From positions 10,106 through 74,105 of the forward strand of contig CAZWDH010000001.1 in NCBI GenBank assembly GCA_964632865.1: 64,000 nt of DNA, in the 5' to 3' direction. Origin of the DNA: an uncultured Nitrospiraceae bacterium (GTDB lineage: Bacteria; Hydrogenedentota; Hydrogenedentia; Hydrogenedentales; SLHB01). Position numbers and translations under genes: made by a program. Below, in pieces: positions 1 through 9,241 of this stretch. The notes under the pieces were generated by a model, which was not told where the DNA came from, made no database searches, and saw only the letters and a list, made by a program, of their open reading frames with translations. The stretch's first letter is position 1; the number at the start of each line of letters is the position of its first letter.

Positions 1-718
1 ACGAAGCCGATTTTTCGGGGTTGTAACCGCGACGATCGTAGAGCTTGGTTGTAGACGGGTCGCGGTGGCCGGCGGCGCGCTGGACGTCCTCAAGGCTGGC
101 CCCGTTGTCGAGGGCGGTGGTGATGAACGTCGCCCGCATGGAGTGGGCGGAGTAGCCGCGGTCAAGGCCGATGCGGCGGGCGTACTTGCGAACAACACGG
201 TCGATGGCGTCGGGGTCCATGTGGCGGCGGCTGTCGCGCTGAATGCCGTTGTTGTGCAGCGGGCGAAACATTGGGCCTTCGAGATCGTCGGCGTTCCCAG
301 CGGCCAGAAGATATTCGCGGATGCGTTGAGCCGCCTGCGGATGAATCGCGAGTGCGTCCTTGCGGTTACCTTTCCTCACGATGCGAAGCGCATCGTAGCC
401 CCGGTTTTGATGGAGGTCTCCAACAATGAGCGCCGCAATCTCGGCCCGGCGGAGTCCGACCTGTAGGCCGACCGAGAGAATCGCCCTGTCCCGTAGGCCT
501 CCGACCGTTTCCGGGTTTGGGGTGTCAAGAAGGGTTTGGGCCTGGGCCTTGGAAAGCGCCAGCGTGGAACCCTCGTCGCGGTTGATGCTCGGTCGTTCCA
601 CGTCGGCCACGGGGTTCCTTTCGACCTCGCCGTGCCGCACAAGGTGCTTGAACAGCGACGAAAGAGCGGCGAGTCGGCGACAAACCGTCGAGGCTTCGGC
701 ACCCTCAGTTTCGCGCAT
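1..718 (-). CDS. Tyrosine recombinase/phage-type integrase. C-terminal catalytic domain is complete to the catalytic Tyr, and the gene's 3' end runs off the left edge of the window. Start assigned to the ATG at 718 preceded by GGAAGG; upstream GTG/TTG starts up to ~955 cannot be excluded.
   Basis: Minus-strand translation gives ...GLRAEIAALIVGDL..GYDALRIVRKGNRKD...HSMRATFITTALDNGASLEDVQRAAGHRDPSTTKLYDRRGY, i.e. the R...HxxR...Y catalytic signature, plus an N-terminal core-binding segment STVCRRLAALSSLFKHLV. It is not in the ORF track because it has no stop inside the window. Confidence 0.85.
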   Translation of the reverse strand, partial: MRETEGAEASTVCRRLAALSSLFKHLVRHGEVERNPVADVERPSINRDEGSTLALSKAQAQTLLDTPNPETVGGLRDRAILSVGLQVGLRRAEIAALIVGDLHQNRGYDALRIVRKGNRKDALAIHPQAAQRIREYLLAAGNADDLEGPMFRPLHNNGIQRDSRRHMDPDAIDRVVRKYARRIGLDRGYSAHSMRATFITTALDNGASLEDVQRAAGHRDPSTTKLYDRRGYNPEKSAS

Positions 719-1028
719 GTAACCTTCCCATGCGATGTCGTCAGCTACGGGAAGGTAGATGAAAGGACCTTGCACGAACGACTTGAGGGCAAAAAGGGGA
801 TTCCGCCGTCGAACATGCCCTATACGCGTGCCAGTGCCGACGTGCGGCTTCCCTGAGCAGCTTGGTGTTGACGATCGGCGATGATCATCGTCGGTGCTGG
901 CGGGAGCGCAAACACGCCTTCGAACGAAAACTGAACTGCCGCCGGTCGCACGCACTTGAACTCTTCTGAAAGACCAACCGGCGGGCAACCCGGCGCAGGG
1001 CGCGCCGGGAATGCCCACCTGCGGAGAG

Positions 1029-2774
1029 TCAGACGGCTTCGGCGAATGCCGATTCCTCCGTCATGACGTCCCCATCGCCAAACTCGGCCACGCTCGGCTC
1101 CGCTTCGGGTTGCAAGTCGTCGTCGATTGGCTCGGCCGACATGGCCGGCGGATCAGGCTCTTCGGGTTCCGCCCAACTCTTCGGTTGCGGTATTGCTCTT
1201 CTGGCCTCCGTAAACAGCGCCAGATAATCCACGCCGAGAATCTGACACATTCTTCTTGCATCCTCGGCCTGGGCCGCGACGGTGTGACCGCCCTGAATGT
1301 TCAGTCGTTTGATCCAGACTTGAGCGACCGCGAGCAATGCGCTTGCGGCCTCTTGGTTCGGTTCCGACTCACGAAGTGAATCGTATTCCTTCCACGCATC
1401 ACCACCGTCCACGTAGTCGGCGCGCTTGGTGCTGCCGAACGCGGTCAACAACGCGACGGAATCGAACATGTCCGCTCCGGCCTCGCGGTTGATTCGCCGC
1501 TGAGTCCAGGGCGAGACGATCTCCAGCGTTTTTTCCAGGGTGAGGTTGCGAAGGAACTCGTGGACGCGCTTGACCACGAACGCATCGCGCCGCTTATGGA
1601 GGCGCGCACGACGCTCGTCTATCGTGAGCGGCACGACGTTGCCATCAACGCCTCGCGGCCGCTGTGAACGGCCATTGCCGTTGGCACTGACCGACTCACC
1701 CATGTCAATGAACACGAGCTTGCCCGCCTTCGGGCCGTCCACTTGCATCACCGGGACGGCGTTGGGCTTTCCAGCCTTGACCAGTTTCGGGGCGTACAGC
1801 CGTTCGATTCGGTCGCCGAATGCCTCTTGAATCCTTGGGCTCAAAGTGTCCACGCCGATCTCGACCAGGCGCAGGTTCGGATGCTGTGCTCGGTGCTTGC
1901 ACTCGCAACGCTGCACGAAGGCGACGTGCTTCCGATCGAAACACGCCGGATCGAGACAACGATCGTCCTTCGGCACCTTGCCGTTCTTGGTCGAGTCGTC
2001 CTCGGGGAAAAGCACCGGCTGCTGCGATGAACGTTTCTGGCAGTTGACGCACGAGCCGGCCTTGGGGTCGATGGTTTCATCCGTCGGGTCCCACGGCATC
2101 GCGGCCAGCGAGCGTAGGCATCCGTCGACGATCTGTCGAAGTTCCTTCACGGTTGGGAAGCCGCGACCGAATATCGGCCAGAAGTGATCGTCGGCCAGCG
2201 AGTCCTGGGTAGCTTCCGGTAGCCGGGCGACCAGTTCAAGGTGTCCGGCCGAGAGACGACTCGCATCCGATTCGGCCTTCAATACCTCAGCGCGCCAAGC
2301 TTTCGACAGCCTGGTCAACGATGCCCGCCGGGCCAAGTAGCCGACGCTCTTCCCGAGCCGCGAGGCGATTGCTTTGAGGTCATACTCGCGGTCAAACGCG
2401 AGTTGAATGGCCTCGGCCTCCTCAAGCGGATGCAGGTCTTTGCGGAGCAAGTTCTCAGCAATCGTCACCGTGAGGGCCTGCTCGTTGTCGAGCTTACGCA
2501 CGACGACAGGCATCTCTGTCAGCCCAGCGAGCTTCGCGGCACGCCAGCGACGCTCCCCGGCACGGATTTCAAAGCGATCCGCTTGAGTCGGGTGCTCTCG
2601 AACGACGATCGGCTGAAGCAGACCGTCGCTCTTGATCGACTGTGCCAGCGGTTTCAGCGACGCATCGCTGAACGGCTTGCGCCGATTATCCGGCGTGGGC
2701 ACGAGTCGGTCGATCGCGACCGTCTCCACTTGTGTTGGGGTAGCAAACTTTGGTTTTGCCTTTACCTTGGGCAT
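1029..2774 (-). CDS. ParB-like nuclease domain (ParB/Srx N-terminal) protein of ~581 aa, with a long C-terminal extension carrying a Cys-cluster (CVNCQK...CLDPACFDRKH...CECKH).
   Basis: LVPTPDNRRKPFSDASLKPLAQSIKSDGLLQPIVVR...FEIRAGERRWRAAKLAGLTEMPVVVRKLDNEQAL is the classic ParB N-terminal box. GGAG lies 10 nt upstream of the ATG at 2774. Confidence 0.8.
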   Translation of the reverse strand: MPKVKAKPKFATPTQVETVAIDRLVPTPDNRRKPFSDASLKPLAQSIKSDGLLQPIVVREHPTQADRFEIRAGERRWRAAKLAGLTEMPVVVRKLDNEQALTVTIAENLLRKDLHPLEEAEAIQLAFDREYDLKAIASRLGKSVGYLARRASLTRLSKAWRAEVLKAESDASRLSAGHLELVARLPEATQDSLADDHFWPIFGRGFPTVKELRQIVDGCLRSLAAMPWDPTDETIDPKAGSCVNCQKRSSQQPVLFPEDDSTKNGKVPKDDRCLDPACFDRKHVAFVQRCECKHRAQHPNLRLVEIGVDTLSPRIQEAFGDRIERLYAPKLVKAGKPNAVPVMQVDGPKAGKLVFIDMGESVSANGNGRSQRPRGVDGNVVPLTIDERRARLHKRRDAFVVKRVHEFLRNLTLEKTLEIVSPWTQRRINREAGADMFDSVALLTAFGSTKRADYVDGGDAWKEYDSLRESEPNQEAASALLAVAQVWIKRLNIQGGHTVAAQAEDARRMCQILGVDYLALFTEARRAIPQPKSWAEPEEPDPPAMSAEPIDDDLQPEAEPSVAEFGDGDVMTEESAFAEAV

Positions 2775-3169
2775 GTTCGTGATCTCCATTGAATAGACCA
2801 CGCCGAATTCGCCAGCGACCGCACGGTCGCATCTTGAGCGACTCGGCGGCTATTGAGCGTTGGATGACGCGCGTCTGAGACGTGGGCGTCCGAATCGGCG
2901 GTGCGTTCTAGAATCTGGGAGCGATTGGCGGCGGAATGCCGCGATGAAAAACCTTCTACGCGTACGACACGGCAGCGCGCGGAATCATGTTTCCACGCGG
3001 TGCCGAGGTTCTTGCGTCTACCCCAGGAAGGAAATTAGGACTTGGATCGGGCTACCTGTTGTTCCAAAGCAACAGAGCCAAATAGATGGCGGCTGCCCAC
3101 TGGGCGGCGTGGGGATCGGCGACGAGGTACGCCGTAACGATGAGAAACAGCGGAACCAGTGCCACCTCT

Positions 3170-3580
3170 TCACCCGCGATCAGCCGAGATGCGGGCTCGA
3201 CGCCGATTGGTGTGCTCGCGGCGATCCACGCGAAGCAATCGCAGTTGCTCGCTCGACCACAAGCGTTCCGTGAAAGCCAATTCGTTTGGTCCCCCCGCCT
3301 GGTGGCTGGAGCGAAACGCACGAACGATCTGCAATACGCCGGTCATGAACTCAGCGGACTGCTCATCCTCCGCATTGGCTGACTCAGACCGAACGGCTTC
3401 GACGAGGTCAAGCAAGAGGTCGAGATTGTCCTCGAAGGCCTCGACGAATTGTGCCCGCTCATCCGGATTCAACATTGCGTTTGGTTCAATCATGAGCCCA
3501 CGCTGCCACAGTTTCGCCCCGGAAGTCAAGTGCCGGATTTCTGATCCAAGGATAGGGAATTTAGCGTTCACACTATTCAA
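3170..3580 (-). CDS. Hypothetical acidic protein. Start (TTG at 3580) and the Arg-rich C-terminal tail are uncertain.
   Basis: The 136-aa ORF has a protein-like first ~100 aa (DERAQFVEAFEDNLDLLLDLVEAVRSE...). The tail is low-complexity and overlaps a small TM ORF (3052..3321). Confidence 0.35.
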   Translation of the reverse strand: MNSVNAKFPILGSEIRHLTSGAKLWQRGLMIEPNAMLNPDERAQFVEAFEDNLDLLLDLVEAVRSESANAEDEQSAEFMTGVLQIVRAFRSSHQAGGPNELAFTERLWSSEQLRLLRVDRREHTNRRRARISADRG

Positions 3581-3667
3581 CGAAAGGGTCGCGCTGGAAT
3601 CGCTAAAACCTATGAGGGGGAGAGGTCCGGTGGTGCATCGAACCTCACGGAAAAACTCCGCAACCTG

Positions 3668-4807
3668 TCAGCCCCCAGCGAGAGCAAGCTGCCGACTACG
3701 GTTTCCGATCCTGCTTTCGTCGCTCGCCAGAGCGAGAAGCCTCCCAGTTTTTTCGTCCGCTTCAGCGCGATCGCCGGCGTGGGCGATCTTGGCCGACAGC
3801 CGGGTGAGCGCATCGACCACGGCGAAGATGGTGAATCGTCCCCGTTGCCGAGCGATCTCCAAGGCCGCCTTGGCCAGGGTCTTGGTGATGCCCTGCTGCT
3901 GCAGCACGGTCATCGCCTCCTCCGCGGTGGGGCCGAGTGTTTCCACACAGGCCTTTTTGATGACCTTGGCGAACGCATCGCGGCGCTGGTCACGCTTCTC
4001 AACGAGATTCGCCACAATCGTTCGAATCTCGCGGAGCGCCTCGTGTACGTTGGCTGTGTGCTTCCGCGAAAAATCAACCACCTCGACCGCGTCCCACACG
4101 ATGTGATTCGCGCACACTGCCTGAAACCAGAACGTCTGGATGCCGACCGAGCGTCGCCCGACCTCCGAATTCCAAACGAAGAATCCGGGAGCGAAAGCCT
4201 CGCCGTTGATCTCCGTCCAGCCGGTCGGGTCGATCATGAAACAGAACATGTCCTGCTCACCGCAGTACAGGCCCGTGCCGTGGGTGGGCTCCGGTTCCGG
4301 GTCCGGTTCAAAGGGCATGTCATCGTCTGACACTGCCGATCGACTGAGACCGGCCCTTTGCGGCGGCTGAAAATCCGTCGCGAACTCGCGCAGCATGGTG
4401 AGCAAGTCCACGTCCCACAGCCTCGAATACGCTACACCGTGAATGGAGCGTATCACGTCCCCTGTGGTCAGAATCTGTACCGGCCGCTCGCTGGTCGGCA
4501 GCGTCTCGTCCAACACGCGGGCCGCCGTCTGCGGCGTGAGTCGGTTGAGCGTGTCCTTGGCCACGCCGGCGAGCCGGCACAGTTGGGCAAACGACCAATC
4601 GTTGAATTGAAATGGTCGATCGCCGCCGAACGCGAGCTTGAGTTCGCCGTCCTCGACGTTTGGCCGCACGCTTTGCGGCGGGTGCCAATGGTCCATGGAC
4701 CGCTCTTTGGTCTTGAAGCAATGGTCCCAAAGCGCGGTCAGCGACGGAAAGCTTTCATCCTTCCCTCGCCGAAACAATTCCTGATTCGCTCTTGTAAGCG
4801 TCTGCAT
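3668..4807 (-). CDS. DUF932-family protein (phage/plasmid-like, TIGR03299-type), typical of ICEs, plasmids and prophages.
   Basis: 379 aa with the conserved core YCGEQDMFCFMIDPTGW...GFFVWNSEVGRRSVGIQTFWFQAVCANHIVWDAVEV. A strong RBS AAGGAGG lies 9 nt upstream of the ATG at 4807. Confidence 0.7.
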   Translation of the reverse strand: MQTLTRANQELFRRGKDESFPSLTALWDHCFKTKERSMDHWHPPQSVRPNVEDGELKLAFGGDRPFQFNDWSFAQLCRLAGVAKDTLNRLTPQTAARVLDETLPTSERPVQILTTGDVIRSIHGVAYSRLWDVDLLTMLREFATDFQPPQRAGLSRSAVSDDDMPFEPDPEPEPTHGTGLYCGEQDMFCFMIDPTGWTEINGEAFAPGFFVWNSEVGRRSVGIQTFWFQAVCANHIVWDAVEVVDFSRKHTANVHEALREIRTIVANLVEKRDQRRDAFAKVIKKACVETLGPTAEEAMTVLQQQGITKTLAKAALEIARQRGRFTIFAVVDALTRLSAKIAHAGDRAEADEKTGRLLALASDESRIGNRSRQLALAGG

Positions 4808-5031
4808 GACAACAACCTCCTTTCGGCGCCGCCTCAAAAAGCGACGCCCTGATTTGCCTTATGCACCACCGGTCCTCTCGACGCCGTGCGGAAATCCGCG
4901 AGGCATCGAAAACCGGCGACGTGTTTCTCTACCCGGATGAGGTTGTCGAAAAAAGCCGCGCCGTTGGTTGTAACCTAAGCGGGCGCGTTGGAGAGGTGGC
5001 GTCATGCGTTAGTGTCCAACCTCTCGGCGGA

Positions 5032-5274
5032 TCAGGCCTTGTCCTGGAGACGTTCGTGAATCCAAGTATGGGCCATGTCCGCAACCTTGGCGACAAGGGG
5101 CAGATCGTCGCGACCAAAGGAGTCGGACTGCTTCCACTCCTCACCATCTTTGTAGATACGGCGGACCTGCACGTTGTGCCGAAAACCGCCGCCCTCAATC
5201 TCGTTGCCCCAAATCACGGCCTTGATTCGGCCCAGCCGGATCTCGTGGGCGGGTTTGTCTTTTCCGTTTGCCAT
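5032..5274 (-). CDS. Small conserved hypothetical protein (80 aa) of a family commonly seen next to ParB-like/DUF932 genes in integrative elements.
   Basis: MANGKDKPAHEIRLGRIKAVIWGNE...FRHNVQVRRIYKDGEEWKQSDSFGRDDLPLVAKVADMAHTWI. RBS GAGAGGAAA upstream. Family recognised from memory only. Confidence 0.55.
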   Translation of the reverse strand: MANGKDKPAHEIRLGRIKAVIWGNEIEGGGFRHNVQVRRIYKDGEEWKQSDSFGRDDLPLVAKVADMAHTWIHERLQDKA

Positions 5275-5774
5275 CTTCGTTTTCCTCTCTCGGCGTTGTC
5301 GCCGAACATGTTGCGCTGGCGGCTCGTCGGCAATCGGTCAAGATTGCTGCGGCGTGCTGCCATTTTCCCAACAATGCGGCCAGACCGGGGCCTCCACCCA
5401 TGCGGGCGGACGGCGCCCGGCCCGGCACGCGGTCCCTCTCGTGATTTCCTTTCGCGTTAAAACTCGAAACAACCGTGGGCTGCATGACGCCCCCTCGCAA
5501 ACAACTGCTCAAAGTTTGCGAGAACGCGTATTCCGCGGGCGGGAGCGACCTGAACGTGATGTCGGACAGATGAAAAAGAACAACGTGCACCTGGACCGTA
5601 GCGTACTTCGGCGCAATTCGTCAACGATGCCACGATCTGGCGTGCGGGTCAGCTGAGATGCCGAGTGTCCTCAATCGGGTGTGATGAAGTCGTTTCGTGA
5701 TTGCTTTGCCTCCGACGGCTTGACCGCGTTCCACGCGCATTGGCAGCGTACAGTTGCCGGGGCCAAAGTGCGCG

Positions 5775-6158
5775 CTAATCTTCGAGCCGGCAGCCTTGGT
5801 CGGTAAGCCATGAACGAAGTGCGGTCTCGACGATGGCCTGTTGAGAGAAGGGTTCGACGTAATCCAGCGAGCGTTTGATGGATTCGTGGCGAAGAGCATC
5901 GGCCACCGAAGCTCGAAGCCGAAGCGTGACCGATCGCAACGGCTCAGGTCGTCGAACCGAAGCGACGGTTCGGCTATTCTTAGTAGTCTTCCGCGGACCC
6001 GACGGGACGTTTGGTCGTGGCTGTTCCGAGTCGAGAGGAAGTTCCAAGGATTCGTCCATCGCCTCAGTCGGCATGTTTCCGGGCCCCTCGGCAACCGTCA
6101 AGAATGCTCGTTGCGCACGGGTCAGCGTCTCACTGAGCGAGCGTCGTGTCGTGTTCAT
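5775..6158 (-). CDS. Putative ribbon-helix-helix centromere-binding partner of ParA (ParG/ParB-analogue). It overlaps the parA stop by 29 nt.
   Basis: It lies immediately downstream of parA on the same strand. Its C-terminal segment VTLRLRASVADALRHESIKRSLDYVEPFSQQAIVETAL has a beta-strand/helix/helix pattern. Confidence 0.4.
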   Translation of the reverse strand: MNTTRRSLSETLTRAQRAFLTVAEGPGNMPTEAMDESLELPLDSEQPRPNVPSGPRKTTKNSRTVASVRRPEPLRSVTLRLRASVADALRHESIKRSLDYVEPFSQQAIVETALRSWLTDQGCRLED

Positions 6159-6804
6159 AGCCGCAAATCTCCTCCAGCAAAGTGCTCATCTCGCCCGCCG
6201 CGTCTCTCGCTCGTCGTCCCATTCGCCATACCACGCTTCGCTGTCCCGGCGAATCCGCAATCGCCTCGCGCAGGCGCAGCACGGACCGACACAAGGGAAC
6301 GCCCAGGGCGGTCGCCGCGTGTCGCGACTCGCGCGTGAGCACAAAGCGTTCGCTGCGAAGTCGGTTCAGCAACAATCGTCCGGCGGGTAACCGCCCGGAT
6401 CGAACCAATTGAGCGCTTCGCAGGATGCGAAAACTCTGTGCCGCGGCCTCCAGTTCGGGCAGCGTCGCGCCGCAAGGCACGATCGCCATGTCAGCCACGA
6501 GCAACAGCGCCCGTGTAGCCTCGGCCAGGTTCGCGGGGCCGTCCCCGATGATGACCTCGTGCGTGTCGCGGAGTCGAGCGTATTGTTCAACAATCGCGTC
6601 GGCGTTGGCTTCGGTCACGACCGTGATCGCCGGTTCCGCGCTCTGCACCCATCGCGTGGAAGCGGCTTGGCCGTCGGCGTCGATAAGCGCTACCCGCGAT
6701 CCGCGTTCGTGAAACCACACCGCCAAGTGAACGGCCAACGTGGTCTTGCCGACTCCTCCCTTCTGGTTGACGACGGTGATGAACATGGTTCGAGCATGTC
6801 GCAA
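6130..6804 (-). CDS. parA: ParA/MinD-family partition ATPase.
   Basis: Deviant Walker A VVNQKGGVGKTTLAVHLA plus ALIDADGQAAST. The likely start is the internal Met at 6786. Confidence 0.9.
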   Translation of the reverse strand: MRHARTMFITVVNQKGGVGKTTLAVHLAVWFHERGSRVALIDADGQAASTRWVQSAEPAITVVTEANADAIVEQYARLRDTHEVIIGDGPANLAEATRALLLVADMAIVPCGATLPELEAAAQSFRILRSAQLVRSGRLPAGRLLLNRLRSERFVLTRESRHAATALGVPLCRSVLRLREAIADSPGQRSVVWRMGRRARDAAGEMSTLLEEICGYEHDTTLAQ

Positions 6805-7260
6805 GGCGGACCATCGCGCAAGGGGGCATTCGTGCGTGTCCGTTGGGTCTCAGGCGTTGCCGCACCGATGCTTGCCTGCGTGCTTGCATGCAAGCTGGCA
6901 AAGCGAATTCCATGTGATGCCGGCATGGTGGGAATCGAATTACTCGAATCCTGTTGCGCCATTCGGTGAATCGGATATGTTGGCCGAGAAAGGGTTCGCC
7001 GCGTTCCGCTCCGACAGCGATTGGCATTCCTGAGGAGCGGAACGGGGAAATTGGGAAGCGAAACACGAAGCGGACGATGCAGCGCTACAGACCCAAGCCT
7101 CGGGAGGCAACAGGCCCATTGTGCGTCGGACGTCACGACTTCGGCGTCGTTGGGGAACATCCTAGCACGTTGACGTGCGCTGTCAACTATCAAGTGACAG
7201 ACAATGGCACCTACGCGCTTATGGATCGCGTTCGACTCCCGATGAACCGAGTGGCTGTTT

Positions 7261-8898
7261 GTGGCTCGTGCAATCTTCGGGAGGCTTATGAATGCAAATC
7301 CAAGTGTTCCGGCATCGGCGCCGCGCGTCGTTACCAAACCCACGGGCGGGTTTCGCCCGATCACGGTGTTGCAAGTCTGCATGGCCTGGTGGGCCTATCG
7401 CACCGGCCTTCTGCCGCGGTATCTGGACTTCCGAGTCTACCTCGCGCTTCACGAAGTGGCCGAACGCAGGCTCGCCGCCTCGCGCATTCGCAAACGCAAG
7501 GGGCGAGGCGGCTTGATTCTCGTCCCAACACGCGGGGAACTGTTGAAGGAGCTGCGTGGCATGGTCGGGGGGACAAGCGATCGGCTGGTGCGCGGTGCGT
7601 TATCTCGATTGGAGTCCGTCGGGCTGGTGACGCTGACAAGTTCGCCTCCCATCTTCGCGACCGGCCCCGAGTCGCTGGCGAACGCGCCTGTTGAACTGGT
7701 CCAATTCCTAAACGGGCTCTCCCGAAAACCGGGCATGCGCGAACGTCGCCTGCCGGTCCCACGCCCGATGCTTCGCCTATTGGCCGTTTCGGCGACACCG
7801 TCGCTAGCGGCCACGGTTCTCGGATACCTGATGCTAAGCGTTTGGTGGCGGGGGAGCGAGTTGCACGTTCGCGGTGGCTGCACAACTGCATTCATTTCCG
7901 AGCGATTCGGCGTGGATGCGCGAAGCGTCAAGCGGGCGAGATCAGAACTCCGGCGAATCGGCTGGCTGGTTCCAGCGGATCCCAGTCGTTCGGCTGTGGC
8001 GGGCGCGATTCCAAATCTGCTGTGGACGAATGTACCAGAAAAGTGCCGCTCGCGGCCCCGCACAGTTTTGTCACCCCCTGTCGTCAATCGAGGCATCGGG
8101 ATGTCACCCCATACCATATCTATTCAACTCCCTTCGGGATCCAAGAACCAGCAACCTGCTGCCCGCCGTCAGCTGGCTGGGATTCCGAGGGGAAAGGAAG
8201 GAGGATCCCGACCGAGATTGTCGAATGTTCGACCCGCGGACCTGTCAAGCGTTGAGCGGATGGACGTGCTGTTCGAGGACGCCGTGTCGTCCGGCGTTGT
8301 GCAACGAACTTCCGCCGATCGCCTGCGGTTCTTCGCGGCTGCGGCTCGCGCCTCGCGGCTCGGGTCGCGTAATCCGTGCGGGTTCTTCGCGGCCGTTGTC
8401 CGTCGCGGACTCTGGCACGTAATCAGCCAGGCCGACGAAGATCGAGCGATCGAGCGGCTCAGAGCGCACCGAGCGACACCTCTCAGTCCACACGTCGCAC
8501 CCAGCCAACGGTCCGCCTCCACCCCGAACCCGATGCCGCATGGCCACCACCCCCCGACCAGCGCTGCGGAAGTCGAAGCGCTCGTCGTGTCGCTGGCCGT
8601 CCACTGTTCGATGGAAAAAGGCCCTCAAGTCGGTCGGAAATGGCAACATGACCAGTCTCCCGCTTGTGCGCCTGCGGCCCGGGTCCCGATCGGCCCTCGC
8701 TCGAAAAGACCGAGCGCAGCGAGCGGGCGAGGGGCGAGCGGGTGGGACGCAGCGCGCGCCTGCGGACGGTCTCCCGGAGGTTGGAGCTTAGACGACGGCG
8801 TTAGGCTTATAAGCGATGATCTCGTTGAAGGAGACCTCCGCTTGGGGCGGCGGCGTGAAACGTTCGCCTTGAGCGAGCTGGTGCGCCTAGTAGTGTGA
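7261..8898 (+). CDS. Putative replication-initiator-like winged-helix DNA-binding protein. The C-terminal half is Pro/Arg/Ala-rich low complexity, so a frameshift or over-extension is possible.
   Basis: Two wHTH-like segments (LILVPTRGELLKELRGMVGGTSDRLVRGALSRLESVGLV and TAFISERFGVDARSVKRARSELRRIGWLV). It is divergent from parA across a palindrome-rich intergenic region. Confidence 0.4.
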   Translation: MARAIFGRLMNANPSVPASAPRVVTKPTGGFRPITVLQVCMAWWAYRTGLLPRYLDFRVYLALHEVAERRLAASRIRKRKGRGGLILVPTRGELLKELRGMVGGTSDRLVRGALSRLESVGLVTLTSSPPIFATGPESLANAPVELVQFLNGLSRKPGMRERRLPVPRPMLRLLAVSATPSLAATVLGYLMLSVWWRGSELHVRGGCTTAFISERFGVDARSVKRARSELRRIGWLVPADPSRSAVAGAIPNLLWTNVPEKCRSRPRTVLSPPVVNRGIGMSPHTISIQLPSGSKNQQPAARRQLAGIPRGKEGGSRPRLSNVRPADLSSVERMDVLFEDAVSSGVVQRTSADRLRFFAAAARASRLGSRNPCGFFAAVVRRGLWHVISQADEDRAIERLRAHRATPLSPHVAPSQRSASTPNPMPHGHHPPTSAAEVEALVVSLAVHCSMEKGPQVGRKWQHDQSPACAPAARVPIGPRSKRPSAASGRGASGWDAARACGRSPGGWSLDDGVRLISDDLVEGDLRLGRRRETFALSELVRLVV

Positions 8899-8911
8899 TT
8901 GGAAACGGGCG

Positions 8912-9241
8912 GTGACGGTGGATGGCATTGATCAGACCGGTACGGTTGAGGGCCGGGAGACAGGAGGCCAGCGAATGGACGGTTTACGTTGGATGAGCGT
9001 GGAACAGATTCACAAGCAGCAGCGCATGCGCCGGGAGCGGGTGATTGAGGCGATGCTTAGCGGTGAGCTTCCCTACGAACAACGGGGCCGGATTCGCTAC
9101 GCGCGTACATGTGATGTGGAGGCCTGGGGAAGATCGCCTGTCGGTGTCGTGGCGTGGCTGCAATCCGAAAGTTCCAAAGAGGCAGTTGGTAAGCTCTCGT
9201 CAAGCCAGCACGCCGGTAAACGAAAAGGTTTTCGCAGCTGA
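8912..9241 (+). CDS. Excisionase/AlpA-like HTH DNA-binding protein.
   Basis: MSVEQIHKQQRMRRERVIEAMLSGELPYEQRGRIRYARTCDVEAW matches the excisionase-family HTH (…PAYKLGRRWRIRREDLEAWL type). The true start is probably the Met at 8975 or 8993. Confidence 0.6.
   Translation: MTVDGIDQTGTVEGRETGGQRMDGLRWMSVEQIHKQQRMRRERVIEAMLSGELPYEQRGRIRYARTCDVEAWGRSPVGVVAWLQSESSKEAVGKLSSSQHAGKRKGFRS

Noticed and set aside
3159-4106. 315-aa plus ORF.
   Set aside because: Antisense to the DUF932 gene; Ser/Arg-rich.
6954-7694. 246-aa plus ORF overlapping the rep-like gene.
   Set aside because: Different frame on the same strand as a longer, better-structured ORF; Arg-rich.
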